From Deinococcales bacterium (lineage in GTDB: Bacteria > Deinococcota > Deinococci > Deinococcales > JAAFIG01), in assembly GCA_043778225.1 (NCBI GenBank), contig JAYWGM010000093.1, positions 1 to 64,000 on the forward strand: DNA of 64,000 nucleotides. Direction: 5' to 3'. Every line of letters starts with the position of its first letter. Position 1 is the first letter of the stretch. The notes beneath the pieces were generated by a model. It made no database searches and had not been told where the DNA came from. It was given only the letters and a program-made list of their open reading frames with translations. Below, one piece after another: positions 30,579 to 41,406 of this stretch. Both the position numbers and the translations under genes were made by a program.

Positions 30579-32187
30579 GGTTTCCTTGGTATTCAAAGTA
30601 ATCAAAATCGGCTTGAATTTTTGTCCCAGCTAAATCCTGAGCGCAAAGGGCAATAAACAAACCCGTAAAGGATAAGCCGTTGCAATAATCATCGGACAGT
30701 TTATAAGTTTCAAAATCGCTGCCAATCCGTTGCCATGTGCTGCCATCGCTCGAGTAGGCAAAATAAAATTTCTGGCGCTCAAAGACCAGCCGCAAATGCA
30801 CCGCGCCCTGAATCGGCACTTCCTGCTCGAGTGGTTCGGAATACACGCCAGCATCCAAAACCAATAAACTCAGGGTTTTACCAAGTTGTTCGTCGCTCGA
30901 GACCCGCAGATAGACCCAGTGCTGATTGTCGTAAAAGGCGGCTAAGCCAGCCATCTGTTGAAAATGCTGTGGTTCAAATTCTAATTTTGTGCTGGCAGTG
31001 GCATTAAAGTGTTGCAAGCGCCGTCCAATTAGGCTTTGGTTGTGGTTGCTAATCAGGCTTTCGCGCCCATATAAGCGCAAAAAATCTGGGCGCTCGGTCA
31101 AACTGAGCCAACTTGAATCTATTGGCAGACGTAAACTCTGCCAATCAAGCCGCAAATCTGGCTGGTCAAAATCGTCTCGAGACAGCGCACTTTCCCAGAC
31201 TTGAGGCTCGAGTAGTGGCGCAGCCACCAGACTGTATGGCGAATTACCATCACCGCGCAAGTAGAGCCAGTCGTCTTCGCGCCATTCCATGGCTTGCAAA
31301 CTGGTTTCGCGCCCAAGCGGACAAAAACCACGCTCTAGGGTTGGCTCGAGTGGACGACCACACAAGTGCGCCAAATACCATTCGCCGTTTTGGGTTTCGA
31401 CCAGACTGGCATGACCGGCTTTACGAAGCTCGAGCAAGGGTTTTTCCCAAGAGGTCAGCACTGGATTATTGGGATGGATTTCATATTCGCCATCGAGGGT
31501 TCTCGAGCGGGCAAGGCTGACCGCGTGTTCATAACTTGTGCCGCCCTCGGCGGTCAGCAGGTGATACCAGCCGTTGTATTTATAAATATGCGGACCCTCG
31601 ACCAGCCCGAGCGGTGTCCCCGAGAAAATATTTTTCACTTGACCGACCAATTTTTGTTCTTTTGGGTCGTATTCTTGCAACATTATCCCCGAAAACTGGT
31701 TTTTGCCAGCGCGGTGGTCCCAGCGCATATTCAGCAGCCACTTACGCCCGTCGGTATCGTGGAACAAACTTGGGTCAAAACCACTCGAGTTTAAGTAAAT
31801 CGGCTCTGACCACTCGCCTTGTATGTCGGTCGCCGTGACCAAATAATTGTGGCTGTCTTTGAACGGACCCGAATTCCAAGTTTTGACATCGGTGTAAATC
31901 AGATGAAACTTTTCGCCGTCGTGGCTTAAACACGGTGCCCAAATACCACAAGAATTTGGATTGCCAGTCATATCAAGTTGGCTCGAGCGACGCAAAGGCG
32001 CTTGTAAGGTGCGCCAATGCACAAGGTCGCGGCTGTGGTGAATCCGCACCCCGGGAAACCATTCAAAAGTGCTGGTGGCAAGGTAATAATCCTGATTTAC
32101 CCGCAAAATACTTGGGTCGGGATGAAACCCTGTCAGGACTGGATTTTGTATCTGGGTAGCTGTTGGCGGCTCGAGTACACTGGTCAT
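30571..32187 (-). CDS. GH43 beta-xylosidase
   Basis: '[13 protein letters not shown]...STFEWFPG...WAP...FDPS...EGPH' plus C-terminal beta-sandwich. Confidence 0.93.
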   Translation of the reverse strand: MTSVLEPPTATQIQNPVLTGFHPDPSILRVNQDYYLATSTFEWFPGVRIHHSRDLVHWRTLQAPLRRSSQLDMTGNPNSCGIWAPCLSHDGEKFHLIYTDVKTWNSGPFKDSHNYLVTATDIQGEWSEPIYLNSSGFDPSLFHDTDGRKWLLNMRWDHRAGKNQFSGIMLQEYDPKEQKLVGQVKNIFSGTPLGLVEGPHIYKYNGWYHLLTAEGGTSYEHAVSLARSRTLDGEYEIHPNNPVLTSWEKPLLELRKAGHASLVETQNGEWYLAHLCGRPLEPTLERGFCPLGRETSLQAMEWREDDWLYLRGDGNSPYSLVAAPLLEPQVWESALSRDDFDQPDLRLDWQSLRLPIDSSWLSLTERPDFLRLYGRESLISNHNQSLIGRRLQHFNATASTKLEFEPQHFQQMAGLAAFYDNQHWVYLRVSSDEQLGKTLSLLVLDAGVYSEPLEQEVPIQGAVHLRLVFERQKFYFAYSSDGSTWQRIGSDFETYKLSDDYCNGLSFTGLFIALCAQDLAGTKIQADFDYFEYQGNHD

Positions 32188-32206
32188 CAATAAACTCCTT
32201 TGCTTG

Positions 32207-33556
32207 TTATCCCTTTAGGAAATCTCCAAACCACTGTCCAGACTGCTTCATCGTGCGCTGTTGGGTCAAGAAATCCACATGGGTTAAGCCAAAGCGTTTT
32301 TCGTACCCTTCTGCCCATTCAAAATTATCCAAAAAGCTCCAAGCAAAATACCCATCCAGTTTAACACCCTGCTGTATTGCCTCGAGACACGCCTCGAGAT
32401 GGCTTTGGAAATAAGCGATGCGCTCGGTGTCCAAAATTTGACCATCTGGCTCGAGTGTATCTTGGTAGGTCGCGCCGTTTTCGGTAATCAGAATACTTTT
32501 TGGGTTGTAATCTTGCTGTAAGCGCCGTAAAAAATCCGATAAACCACTCGGGTAAACTTCCCAATCAAAAAAAGTCCGTGGCACATTTGGCAGATACACA
32601 TGGTTGTAACCAAGTAGCCCTTCGGGGCTGAGGATTTGGCGCACTGGCACAGCTTTCACAATGGTGCGCGAATAGTAATTGATACCGATAAAATCGAGTG
32701 GCGCTGCGATAATTTCGAGGTCGGTGCTGTGGATTTTTGGTGCAGACTGCCCATAAGCCGCTAAAATATCAGATGGGTAGCCTTGACCAAAAACGGGGTC
32801 AAAGTACCAACGGTTCTGGAAGCCATCGGCACGGTGCGCGGCGGCTCTATCCTCGCTCGAGTCAGAAGCTGGATAAACTGGGGAGGGATTCAAGACGATT
32901 CCAGCGTGGACATCGGTCACATTCTGGCGAATAATCGGCATTGCCAGTCCGTGCGCCAAAAGTAAATGATGGGTGGCTTGCAACGAAGCCGCAAAATCGG
33001 TTTTGCCGGGGGCATGAATTCCGATACCATAACCAAGGTACGCCGAACACCACGGCTCATTGAGGGTTGTCCAATTTTTTAGGCGGTCGCCAATAGCTTG
33101 GGTCAGAACATCGGTGTATTCGACAAAAGCATCGGCAGTATCGCGGTTTAACCAACCGCCTTTGTCCTCGAGAATCTGCGGTAAATCCCAGTGGTACAAG
33201 GTGATGTACGGTTTGATGTTGCGCTCGAGTAAGGCATCCACAAGACGGTCATAAAATGCCAGACCAGCTGCATTGACTTGTCCGCGCCCATTGGGCAGGA
33301 CTCGAGACCACGAAGCCGAAAAGCGGTAGGCATCAAAACCGAGTTGCTGCATCAGGTCAAAGTCGGCTTCATAACGGTGGTAGTGGTCGCAAGCCACATC
33401 TCCCGTATCGCCGTTTTTCACTTTGCCAGCAGTTTTTGCAAAAGTATCCCAGATGCTTGGGGTGCGTCCCTCGAGTGTGGTTGCGCCTTCGATTTGATAC
33501 GAGGCGGTGGCGGTTCCCCAAATAAAATTCTTCGGGAAGGCAGATTTTTTAATCAT
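32207..33556 (-). CDS. GH1 beta-glucosidase
   Basis: FIWGTATASYQIEG, TLNEP and ITENG catalytic motifs. Confidence 0.96.
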   Translation of the reverse strand: MIKKSAFPKNFIWGTATASYQIEGATTLEGRTPSIWDTFAKTAGKVKNGDTGDVACDHYHRYEADFDLMQQLGFDAYRFSASWSRVLPNGRGQVNAAGLAFYDRLVDALLERNIKPYITLYHWDLPQILEDKGGWLNRDTADAFVEYTDVLTQAIGDRLKNWTTLNEPWCSAYLGYGIGIHAPGKTDFAASLQATHHLLLAHGLAMPIIRQNVTDVHAGIVLNPSPVYPASDSSEDRAAAHRADGFQNRWYFDPVFGQGYPSDILAAYGQSAPKIHSTDLEIIAAPLDFIGINYYSRTIVKAVPVRQILSPEGLLGYNHVYLPNVPRTFFDWEVYPSGLSDFLRRLQQDYNPKSILITENGATYQDTLEPDGQILDTERIAYFQSHLEACLEAIQQGVKLDGYFAWSFLDNFEWAEGYEKRFGLTHVDFLTQQRTMKQSGQWFGDFLKG

Positions 33557-36500
33557 GGTTTGACCTCTTGGCTGATTTGGGCATAACGATGTGGCGGCAT
33601 GGCTAAAACCACGCCATCCGTGAAGGTGGCAGTTTGATTTTGCGAACTTGGATTATAGGCAAAATACGTGCGGATATTTTGGTGTTGCAATACCGCAAAC
33701 TGTGCCACATCCGCGCCAATTTGTTGCAAAGGTGTGCCAAACTGCCCGAGGCTCGAAAGCCAATGCAGGGTTTGAACTCGAGCATTGCCAAATTCTGGCG
33801 GCAGTTCGGGGTTGTAGGCTTGTTGACCAGCTTTTGGATTGCCCAAGGCTAAATACATCGCTGCCAAGTCATTCCAATAGCGCTCAAGCTTAAATTGTTG
33901 GAAGTTTTGTTCAATAAACTTGGGTTCTCGAGCCAAGTACAAACTTGCACCGGTCAAAGGCAAGGCGTTAATCAGATGAATTGCGCCTTTTGCGCCAGTC
34001 CACCATGTGCCGTACTGCCCACCGTCGCCCCACAGAATCCCAATGGCGGTTGGCTTAAACTGCGGCGGAAAGTTACCACCCACCGCCAACCAATACTGCC
34101 AAACGGCATCGGTCTCGAGGGCATACATTCCAATTGCCCGTTCGAGCAGCGCCGTATTTTGGCTGACTTGGGCATAGCGAATCAGCCCCGCCCAAGCATT
34201 GATGGCTTCGCTTGAACTCTCTTGATTTGCACCGCGCATTCGCCCTCGATTGTCGCCACTTGCCCATGAATGCCCAGCGTAAGCATCAAAATTGCGGGTT
34301 TTTGTAAACGAAGCATCGGCTTCTCCTGCCGCGATTTCTCGAGCGAGGACTTCCAATACGGCATGGTTTTTCTCAAGCCATTCAGGTTTGTGTTCGCCAA
34401 GGCTGGCGGCGGCTTGTAAAAAATAACCAAAATTAAAATGATGGTCGTTAAGTTGGTAATCTGCGCCGTGCGAGGCTGGCACAGGAATAATCGTTCCCCA
34501 ACGTCCATCCCACAACAGTGCATGAGGTGGGGCTGGGTCAAACCATTCCTCAAGCCGAGTTTCGATAGCGCTTAAAATAACTTGTGCTGCACTTTCTTCC
34601 TCGAGTTGTTTGGCAACCTCGAGCATCTGGGTTAAGCGCCCAAAATTACGCGCATCGGTGTAGGCATCAGTGATGCGAATGGACTCCGGCGAAAGCGGAA
34701 AAAACTGCTTGCGAGCCACATACTTGAGTAATTCTGCCCGAATTTCGCTTTGAGGCATGGCTGTGGCAATTGGCAGATTTGGCAAAATACCGGTGTAAGC
34801 TGTGTTGGTGATAAACGAATTGGTGGCAGCCAAGCGAATTTGCCCTCGAGCCGAAACATAACTCCACGGCGAAAGCGGCTGACTCGAGTTTTTCCATTGG
34901 TGTGGATATAAACCCATGACTGCACCGCCAAAAAGCTGATGGCTGGTTTCGACCAGACTGGTTTTGGCAAGCCATCGCCAACTGACTCGAGAATTGGTTG
35001 GCAAGTTATGGTGTTGGCGCAAAAATGCAACCGCTTCGCGCCTTAGCCGAGGGTCTTGTTGGGCTTCTTCGGGCAGGGCTGCTACCACCAGTGTAGCCGC
35101 CTGTACGGTTCTCGAGTTGCCAGAGCCGCGCCAAGTGGCAGGGTCGAGGGTCAAAAAGACATAATCACGTCCACCGACCCGAATACCAAGTGCATCACAA
35201 GAAGTGCATGGGCGCAGCCAAATTTCAGGTGGCTCGAGAAACGAGATTTGAAATGGCTGACCATTGCTTTGAAACCATGCAAAAGGTAAACCTCGACCAA
35301 AAGTGGCTTGGAGAGCTTTATTATTTGCCGCAAACTCGGTTCGCACCAAAAAATCCGAAGCGGCATCGACTCGAGCGTCTGGAAAAGTAAGACCCTCGAG
35401 TCCGACGGTTATTTCTGGCTTAAATGGTGTCGAAAAACCATCTTCTGTTACCTCGAGTTTCGGGTAATTGAGCGCCATACCATTTTTGGTGGCTTGTAGC
35501 GCCAACGGTTGCGCCAGCAGCGCCCCCGAGAATTTTTCCCACAAGAGCGAACCCCACCACGCATTGGTCGGATACGGTGCAGCCAAACTGGCGGTTTTGA
35601 ATTCTGGTGGCGGTGGCGCACGATAATTACCTTCGTTCCAGACGGTTGGCAAATTTAGAAGTGGCTTGGTTGCCAAAACTTGCTTGCGATACACCAAACG
35701 CCAAAAACTCTGGGCGGATAACTCGAGTTGTGGCTTTAATGCCAGTGCCATATCTGGTTTTTCTTCTTGCACCACAGCATCAGTAAAGCCCTTAATGCCA
35801 ATCAGTTCCCAGCCGCTTAAAGCAGTCTCGAGACTTTGGACAGTTTCAGTCGGATTGCTGGCAATCAACATTAAACGGTTTTCTTGTTGGGCGGCATGAA
35901 GCCAGACATTGGGGTTGCTCGAGATAACCTCCAAGGCTTGCCCTAAAAAATGAGTCAAATGCCGGTAAGCATAAAAAGTGGCTTTGGGAACACCAGAAAT
36001 ATCGAGTGTGCCATGCCCACCAATCCCTTGCAAAGCAAAATACGTGTTCAGGGTCGCACCAGCCGTTGCCATTCGCAGGCTTGTTTCGGCAGCCCAAAGC
36101 GCTGCTAACTGGTCGCCAATATGGCGGTTGCTTTCGGTGCGATACGACAGTCCAAATTCGGTTAAACCAAAGCCAACTTGTTTTTGGTATGCCAATGGGT
36201 TTTGAAGTGGATCTTTCCAGAGTGCCATATACTGTTGGCGTTCGCTGTCCACTCGAGCAATGCTGGCTATCGCTGCTTGGTTACTTGCCCGACCATCGGT
36301 TGGATAAACGTGCCAGGTTAAAACATCTATTTGGTCACCACAAAGCCGTACAAACTCTGTCAAAAAAGCCGCGTCTCCAGTTGTGCTAGGACCAACAAAC
36401 TTGGCATTGGGCTGAACCGCCAGAATAGCTTTTCGGTGTGCCTGAAAAGTCTGACAGTATTTTTGGGCAGTCCACGACTTATCACCTCGAGTTACGGCGT

Positions 36501-36936
36501 ATAAATTGGGTTCGTTGCCAACGCTCCAATAATCCACCCGAATGCCAAGCCCGAGCGCCAAACGAGCGGCATTGGCGGCATCTTCGGCTCGATTTTTGCC
36601 GTCGCCACGAGCGCCCTGAAAAGCTCGAGTCTGGATAATCAGTTGCGGCTGAACGCCGTTTTGCTCGAGTAGTTTGAGGTTAATCGCCAGAATTTTGAGG
36701 CTCGAGGCATTCAAATCTTGGTCATCGCCAACATTGCCCGCCGGAAAGCGCAAGAGGCTTGGTTTTAACTCGAGCAGGGCTTTTTTATTTTCAACAATGT
36801 TCATCATATTGCCCAAGTTAAAACCCGAGATGGCTTGGGGCTGAATTTGCGCCAAAGGCATTCCTAGCTTGAGCTTTTCGCCCTGTGCCGATGAACCAAA
36901 ACAGCAACAAATGAGTGCAAACAAGAATTTTTTCAT
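33553..36936 (-). CDS. Secreted two-catalytic-domain glycosidase: N-terminal clan GH-A domain fused to a GH81 endo-1,3-beta-glucanase
   Basis: Signal peptide; 'WSVGNEP' and 'LTEFG' (GH-A acid/base and nucleophile); 'PTNAWW', 'LNDHHFNFGY', 'NQESSSEA' (GH81). Confidence 0.8.
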   Translation of the reverse strand: MKKFLFALICCCFGSSAQGEKLKLGMPLAQIQPQAISGFNLGNMMNIVENKKALLELKPSLLRFPAGNVGDDQDLNASSLKILAINLKLLEQNGVQPQLIIQTRAFQGARGDGKNRAEDAANAARLALGLGIRVDYWSVGNEPNLYAVTRGDKSWTAQKYCQTFQAHRKAILAVQPNAKFVGPSTTGDAAFLTEFVRLCGDQIDVLTWHVYPTDGRASNQAAIASIARVDSERQQYMALWKDPLQNPLAYQKQVGFGLTEFGLSYRTESNRHIGDQLAALWAAETSLRMATAGATLNTYFALQGIGGHGTLDISGVPKATFYAYRHLTHFLGQALEVISSNPNVWLHAAQQENRLMLIASNPTETVQSLETALSGWELIGIKGFTDAVVQEEKPDMALALKPQLELSAQSFWRLVYRKQVLATKPLLNLPTVWNEGNYRAPPPPEFKTASLAAPYPTNAWWGSLLWEKFSGALLAQPLALQATKNGMALNYPKLEVTEDGFSTPFKPEITVGLEGLTFPDARVDAASDFLVRTEFAANNKALQATFGRGLPFAWFQSNGQPFQISFLEPPEIWLRPCTSCDALGIRVGGRDYVFLTLDPATWRGSGNSRTVQAATLVVAALPEEAQQDPRLRREAVAFLRQHHNLPTNSRVSWRWLAKTSLVETSHQLFGGAVMGLYPHQWKNSSQPLSPWSYVSARGQIRLAATNSFITNTAYTGILPNLPIATAMPQSEIRAELLKYVARKQFFPLSPESIRITDAYTDARNFGRLTQMLEVAKQLEEESAAQVILSAIETRLEEWFDPAPPHALLWDGRWGTIIPVPASHGADYQLNDHHFNFGYFLQAAASLGEHKPEWLEKNHAVLEVLAREIAAGEADASFTKTRNFDAYAGHSWASGDNRGRMRGANQESSSEAINAWAGLIRYAQVSQNTALLERAIGMYALETDAVWQYWLAVGGNFPPQFKPTAIGILWGDGGQYGTWWTGAKGAIHLINALPLTGASLYLAREPKFIEQNFQQFKLERYWNDLAAMYLALGNPKAGQQAYNPELPPEFGNARVQTLHWLSSLGQFGTPLQQIGADVAQFAVLQHQNIRTYFAYNPSSQNQTATFTDGVVLAMPPHRYAQISQEVKP

Positions 36937-36955
36937 GCTTCAGTACCCCATTTCA

Positions 36956-36987
36956 AGGTTTGAACTTGAGGTCTCGAGTTCAAACCT
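36956..36987. other. Intergenic stem-loop inside the sugar operon
   Basis: aggtttgaacttgag-gt-ctcgagttcaaacct. Confidence 0.6.
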
Positions 36988-36993
36988 ACCATT

Positions 36994-37839
36994 TTAACTC
37001 TTGACCGACCCAGCCGTTAAGCCAGAAATCAATTGCTTAGAAGTGAAAATAAAAATAATCAGCAACGGTAAAACCGTCAGGGCTGTTCCCATCATGTAAC
37101 CACCATAATCAACGTTGGTGACAGTTGTTCCACCCGAAATGGTACGAATTAGGGTTTGTAAAGTTCGGGTTTCGGCAGTCCTAAAAATCAGGCTTTGCAA
37201 AACAAATTCATTCCATGTGCCAATAAACACCAGCAAACCAAGTGTTCCAAGGGCTGGGCGCACCAAAGGCAGAATAATTCGCCAAAAAATACCAAACTCG
37301 GTGCAACCATCGACCCTTGCTGCATCCATCAATTCTCGAGGAATGGCGCTTTGAATGTATTGGCGGGTTAAGAAAATCCCAAAAGCACTTGCCATACCGG
37401 GAAACCACAAGGCTCGAGGTTTATCTATCCAACCAATAAAATTCATGATTAAAAAGAACGGAATTAAATTGAGCGAGGCTGGAATCGCTTGGGTCGCCAC
37501 CACCACCAAGAAAAAACCATTTTTGCCCTTAAAATCATACATTGCAAAGCCATAACCCGCCAAAGTTGAAAAAAACAAGGTCGTGATGGTAGCAATACTT
37601 GCCAGATAACTGCTGTTCCAAAAAACCCGCCAGAACAAACCCTTGGTGGCTTCCATTAAGGCATTGTAATTGCTGACAATTTGGTCAAAGCTGCCGGGGA
37701 TTAAAGGCGGTGGAAAGCTCTGAATAATCGTGCTGCTTTGGGTTGCAAAAACCAGCATAAAGTACAGTGGCAACGCCATCAGGACACCGCCAAAAATAAT
37801 CAGTGGATAAATAATCAAATTGGATAGGGGAAATTTCAT
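36994..37839 (-). CDS. Carbohydrate ABC transporter permease (MalG-type)
   Basis: EAA loop 'IPRELMDAARVDG'; C-terminal 'GLTAGSVK'. Confidence 0.95.
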   Translation of the reverse strand: MKFPLSNLIIYPLIIFGGVLMALPLYFMLVFATQSSTIIQSFPPPLIPGSFDQIVSNYNALMEATKGLFWRVFWNSSYLASIATITTLFFSTLAGYGFAMYDFKGKNGFFLVVVATQAIPASLNLIPFFLIMNFIGWIDKPRALWFPGMASAFGIFLTRQYIQSAIPRELMDAARVDGCTEFGIFWRIILPLVRPALGTLGLLVFIGTWNEFVLQSLIFRTAETRTLQTLIRTISGGTTVTNVDYGGYMMGTALTVLPLLIIFIFTSKQLISGLTAGSVKS

Positions 37840-37853
37840 GATTTATTTTCCTT

Positions 37854-38840
37854 TTAATCGTTGCGAATCTTTGAAAAGATAAAATTATTGACTAAGGTTA
37901 AGAGCATAATCACGGCAAAAAGTACCCATGTCTGGGCGGCTGCATCACCGAACAATAAATTATTAAAGGCGTTATCGAATAAGTACATCACCGATGTGCG
38001 CCCAGCATTGTTGTTGCCACCGCCAGCATTGACCAACAAAAATGGTTCGGCAAACAACTGCATACCGCCAAGAATCGAAAAAGTAATCGCGGTGAACATC
38101 GTTGGGCGTAAAAGTGGCAAAGTGATGTAGCGAAAACGTTCAAAAGTTGTTGCCCCGTCCACTTCGGCGGCTTCGTATAAGTCTTGGGGAATGGCTTGCA
38201 AGCCAGCCAAGTATAAAATTGTGTTAAAACCTGTAAAGCGCCAAACCACCAGAATCGAAATTGAAATTGGAATCATATCGCGGTTGCCCAACCATTTTAT
38301 GGGTTCATCGCTGATGATTGTATTGAGCAGTGGAATTTTATTTAAGACCTCGAGGAAAAACCAATTCAAAAAACCACTGCGCTCCGAGTACAACGTTCCA
38401 AAAACTGCCGAAATAGCCGCCACTGAGGTCACAAAAGGTGCAAAATAAACAGCCGTGACAATTGCTTGATAGCGCTTTAAGCTGGTCTGAATAATAAAAG
38501 CCAAGGGAATGGCAATTAAATGCTGTGGCAGACTCGAGATAAGGGCAATATAAGCAGTTTGCCTAACCGCTTTCCAGAAATCGGTGTCGCCGTTGGCTGG
38601 GTCGAAAAGACCATCAAGAATAAATTTATAGTTGCTTAACCCCACAAATTTCATCCCGCCCAAACCAGAGACCGCATCCCAACTGGTTAAGGAGACATAA
38701 ATCGAAAAAAACATCGGGAACAAGGTAAAAACAAGAAACAAAATAAAAAACGGACTGATAAAAACATACGGTGCTAACAGACGTTGCCATCGTGTGTAGC
38801 TCTGTGTCCAATGTTGTGATTTTTGTATATGGCTGTTCAA
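37854..38840 (-). CDS. Carbohydrate ABC transporter permease (MalF-type); start uncertain
   Basis: 'YLAGLQAIPQDLYEAAEVDGA...ITLPLLRP'; the longer ORF start runs through intergenic hairpins. Confidence 0.9.
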   Translation of the reverse strand: MNSHIQKSQHWTQSYTRWQRLLAPYVFISPFFILFLVFTLFPMFFSIYVSLTSWDAVSGLGGMKFVGLSNYKFILDGLFDPANGDTDFWKAVRQTAYIALISSLPQHLIAIPLAFIIQTSLKRYQAIVTAVYFAPFVTSVAAISAVFGTLYSERSGFLNWFFLEVLNKIPLLNTIISDEPIKWLGNRDMIPISISILVVWRFTGFNTILYLAGLQAIPQDLYEAAEVDGATTFERFRYITLPLLRPTMFTAITFSILGGMQLFAEPFLLVNAGGGNNNAGRTSVMYLFDNAFNNLLFGDAAAQTWVLFAVIMLLTLVNNFIFSKIRND

Positions 38841-38925
38841 GGCAAACCCCTTAAAGTCAAGGCTCGAGATAACCTCGAGCCTTTGGAGGAGGTGTGGTGA
38901 GCAAGCCCACCACAAGAAGAAGTCT

Positions 38926-40185
38926 TTAACGGCGAGCGCGTTTTTCGATTTCGGCTCGAGCTTCGGTCAGTGCCGCTTTGATGTCTTTGCCTTCGTCAAG
39001 AACAGCCGTTAGTTGGGTTGTGACAATTGTTTCGGCTACACTGTCGTACTTGTTGACATCGAGGGCTTTGATTTTCTGAGCTGCGTTCTTCCAGAGTTGA
39101 CGGGCTTTTTGACCGCCCAAGAATTCGACTGGTTCGTTAAAGCTGGCATCGCCCCAAGCGGCTTTGAGGCTTGGGAATGCGCCGTTGCCTTTGAAAGCTG
39201 CGATTTGTTGCTTGCGGTCGGTTGCCAAGAACTTGATGATTTCATAGGCTTCTTTTTTATTCTTAGAAGCAGTTGGAATGGTGTAGAAACTGCCGCCCCA
39301 TGGGGCATATGCGCCATCTGGCAAGTCTTGAACACGCCACAGTCCTTTGGTGTCTGGTGCCATCCAGTTTTGGAAGTGACCCTGTAACCAAGCACCGCTA
39401 AATTGGGTTGCCACTGTACCGGACTTAAAGCCTTCGTACCATTCGTTGCTCCACTCGCCGATTTTTGCGTCCAGTTTGGCATCGCGGATTTGCTTAGCAA
39501 TCGTAAAGGCTTTGACCCAACGGGCGCTGTCTGGTCCGACCAGCACTTTGTTGTCTTTAGAAAAGAAAATGCCTTCGCCGGCTGGGATGTTCGAGCGCCA
39601 AATCAGACCTGCGGCACTGGCAGCGCTGTTAATCAGGAAGACATTTTTGTCTTTGGCTTGGATTTTCTTACCAGCCGCAATGTAGCCTTCCCATGTGGTT
39701 AGGTCGGCAGCACTGACACCGGCTTTCTCGAGAACATCTTTGCGATAAAAAGTTGTACCCGGTCCGATGTCGGCTGGGATGCCAATAAAACGACCATCAG
39801 AAGCCGTGGCTTGACCAATGGTGTAGTCCACAAAAAGGCTCTTTAAGGATTTGGCGTTGTATGGAGCTTTGTTCAAATCCTCGAGTCCACCGCCTTCAGC
39901 AAACTTACCAACAAAGCCAATCTCAACGGCTTCGATGTCGTGTAAGCCTTGTCCAGTTGCTAAAGCCGTGGTCAAAGCCTGATGGTGGTCGCCGTACTGC
40001 AAAGCCACCAATTCAATCTGGTAATTGGGGAACTTGGCTTTTAAGGCGGGCATGGCAATTTTGACAGCTTCATCGAGGCTTGGAAAAGCAGCGATGCTAA
40101 TTTTTTTCATGCTGCCCTGAGCGCTGACTAAACCGGCAACAGCAATCGCGGTGATTCCTAGGGCAATGAGTGTACGAGTTTTCAT
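38926..40185 (-). CDS. Carbohydrate ABC transporter substrate-binding protein
   Basis: Signal peptide, SD ggagg, SBP family 1 motifs 'GIPADIGP..FYRKD', 'WGGS'. Confidence 0.93.
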   Translation of the reverse strand: MKTRTLIALGITAIAVAGLVSAQGSMKKISIAAFPSLDEAVKIAMPALKAKFPNYQIELVALQYGDHHQALTTALATGQGLHDIEAVEIGFVGKFAEGGGLEDLNKAPYNAKSLKSLFVDYTIGQATASDGRFIGIPADIGPGTTFYRKDVLEKAGVSAADLTTWEGYIAAGKKIQAKDKNVFLINSAASAAGLIWRSNIPAGEGIFFSKDNKVLVGPDSARWVKAFTIAKQIRDAKLDAKIGEWSNEWYEGFKSGTVATQFSGAWLQGHFQNWMAPDTKGLWRVQDLPDGAYAPWGGSFYTIPTASKNKKEAYEIIKFLATDRKQQIAAFKGNGAFPSLKAAWGDASFNEPVEFLGGQKARQLWKNAAQKIKALDVNKYDSVAETIVTTQLTAVLDEGKDIKAALTEARAEIEKRARR

Positions 40186-40222
40186 GGTTTCCTCCTTGTG
40201 AGGTGAATGGTGGCTTAATTTA

Positions 40223-40236
40223 TGAAACCGCTTTCA
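40223..40236. promoter_or_regulatory. LacI-family operator upstream of the SBP gene
   Basis: tgaaaccgctttca, one mismatch from the palindrome TGAAAGCGCTTTCA. Confidence 0.75.
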
Positions 40237-40278
40237 AGATTACTCAAATCCTCCTTGTGGCTGTACTGATGAGCAAGG

Positions 40279-41283
40279 TCAGCGTCTCAGGCGAGCCGTT
40301 GACTCACGAATAATCAAACTGGGAACAGGGGTGGGAATTTGCAACTGATGCCCCTCGAGTAAATTCAAAACCATTTTGGCTGCTCCAATCCCCATTTCTT
40401 CGCCTGGTTGGCGGATGGTGGTTAAAGGCGGCGTGGTAAAGCCTGCCGAAAACAAATCGTCAAAACCAATTAAGCTCATGTCTTCTGGGACACGAATCCC
40501 ACGGCGGTACAATGCCAAACGCGCTCCAAAACACATCTGGTCGTTAGCGGCAAAAACGGCGGTGATGTCGGTATGGCGAGCCAAAAGCTGTTCCATGGCG
40601 AGTAAACCACTGCGTTCTTGGAAATTGCCCTCGACCACCAAGTCGGCATCAAACTCGAGACCAAAATTGGTCAGGGCTTGCTGATAGCCAGCTAAGCGTT
40701 CACTCGAGTCACGGTGGGTGCTTGGTCCAGCAATATGGGCAATACGCCGATGCCCTAAGCCAATCAGGTGTTGTACGGCTTCGTAAGCCCCATGAATTTG
40801 GTCAATCGTTAGGCACTGATGTTCGAGTTGTGGGATGGTGCGCCCAACCGCCACGACCGGAACGCGCTGGGCTAACTCGAGCAAATAGGCATCCTCGAGG
40901 TTCCCGCCAAGCGTGATGATGCCATCCACCCGCCGTGCCATCAAAATTTCGATCGCTTCACGCTCGGATTCGGCACGCCAATAGCCAGAAATAAACATTG
41001 GATGAAACTGAGTATCGGTAAATCCCTGCTCGATACCCGCCAAGGTCTCGGCATAAAAAGGGCTGGAAATGGCTTGGGTCACGACTCCAACAATCATTGA
41101 ACGCCCTCTTGCAAGCCCTTGCGCCAGAACATTGGGGCGATAGCCCAACTCGGCAATTGCATTTTCGACCAAAACACGCTTTTCGGGGCTGACGGTTGCC
41201 GAGCCATTGAGGATTCTCGAGACCGTACTGGGCGAGACTCTGGCAATTTTAGCAACATCGTTAAGCGTTCGAGGCTGAGACAC
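40279..41283 (-). CDS. LacI-family transcriptional regulator
   Basis: 'TLNDVAKIARVSPSTVSRILN' HTH plus sugar-binding domain. Confidence 0.96.
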   Translation of the reverse strand: MSQPRTLNDVAKIARVSPSTVSRILNGSATVSPEKRVLVENAIAELGYRPNVLAQGLARGRSMIVGVVTQAISSPFYAETLAGIEQGFTDTQFHPMFISGYWRAESEREAIEILMARRVDGIITLGGNLEDAYLLELAQRVPVVAVGRTIPQLEHQCLTIDQIHGAYEAVQHLIGLGHRRIAHIAGPSTHRDSSERLAGYQQALTNFGLEFDADLVVEGNFQERSGLLAMEQLLARHTDITAVFAANDQMCFGARLALYRRGIRVPEDMSLIGFDDLFSAGFTTPPLTTIRQPGEEMGIGAAKMVLNLLEGHQLQIPTPVPSLIIRESTARLRR

Positions 41284-41335
41284 AAGCGCTCCTTTTTTGT
41301 TTGGTTATTTTGGTGAAGGGCAGCATAGCAATTCT

Positions 41336-41349
41336 TGAAAGCGCTGTCA
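41336..41349. promoter_or_regulatory. LacI-family operator upstream of the regulator (autoregulation)
   Basis: tgaaagcgctgtca. Confidence 0.72.
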
Positions 41350-41406
41350 AGAGTGCCAGTGTCGGGGTATTTATTCAAGTTTACTTTAGAAACTCGAGCA
41401 ACCAAT

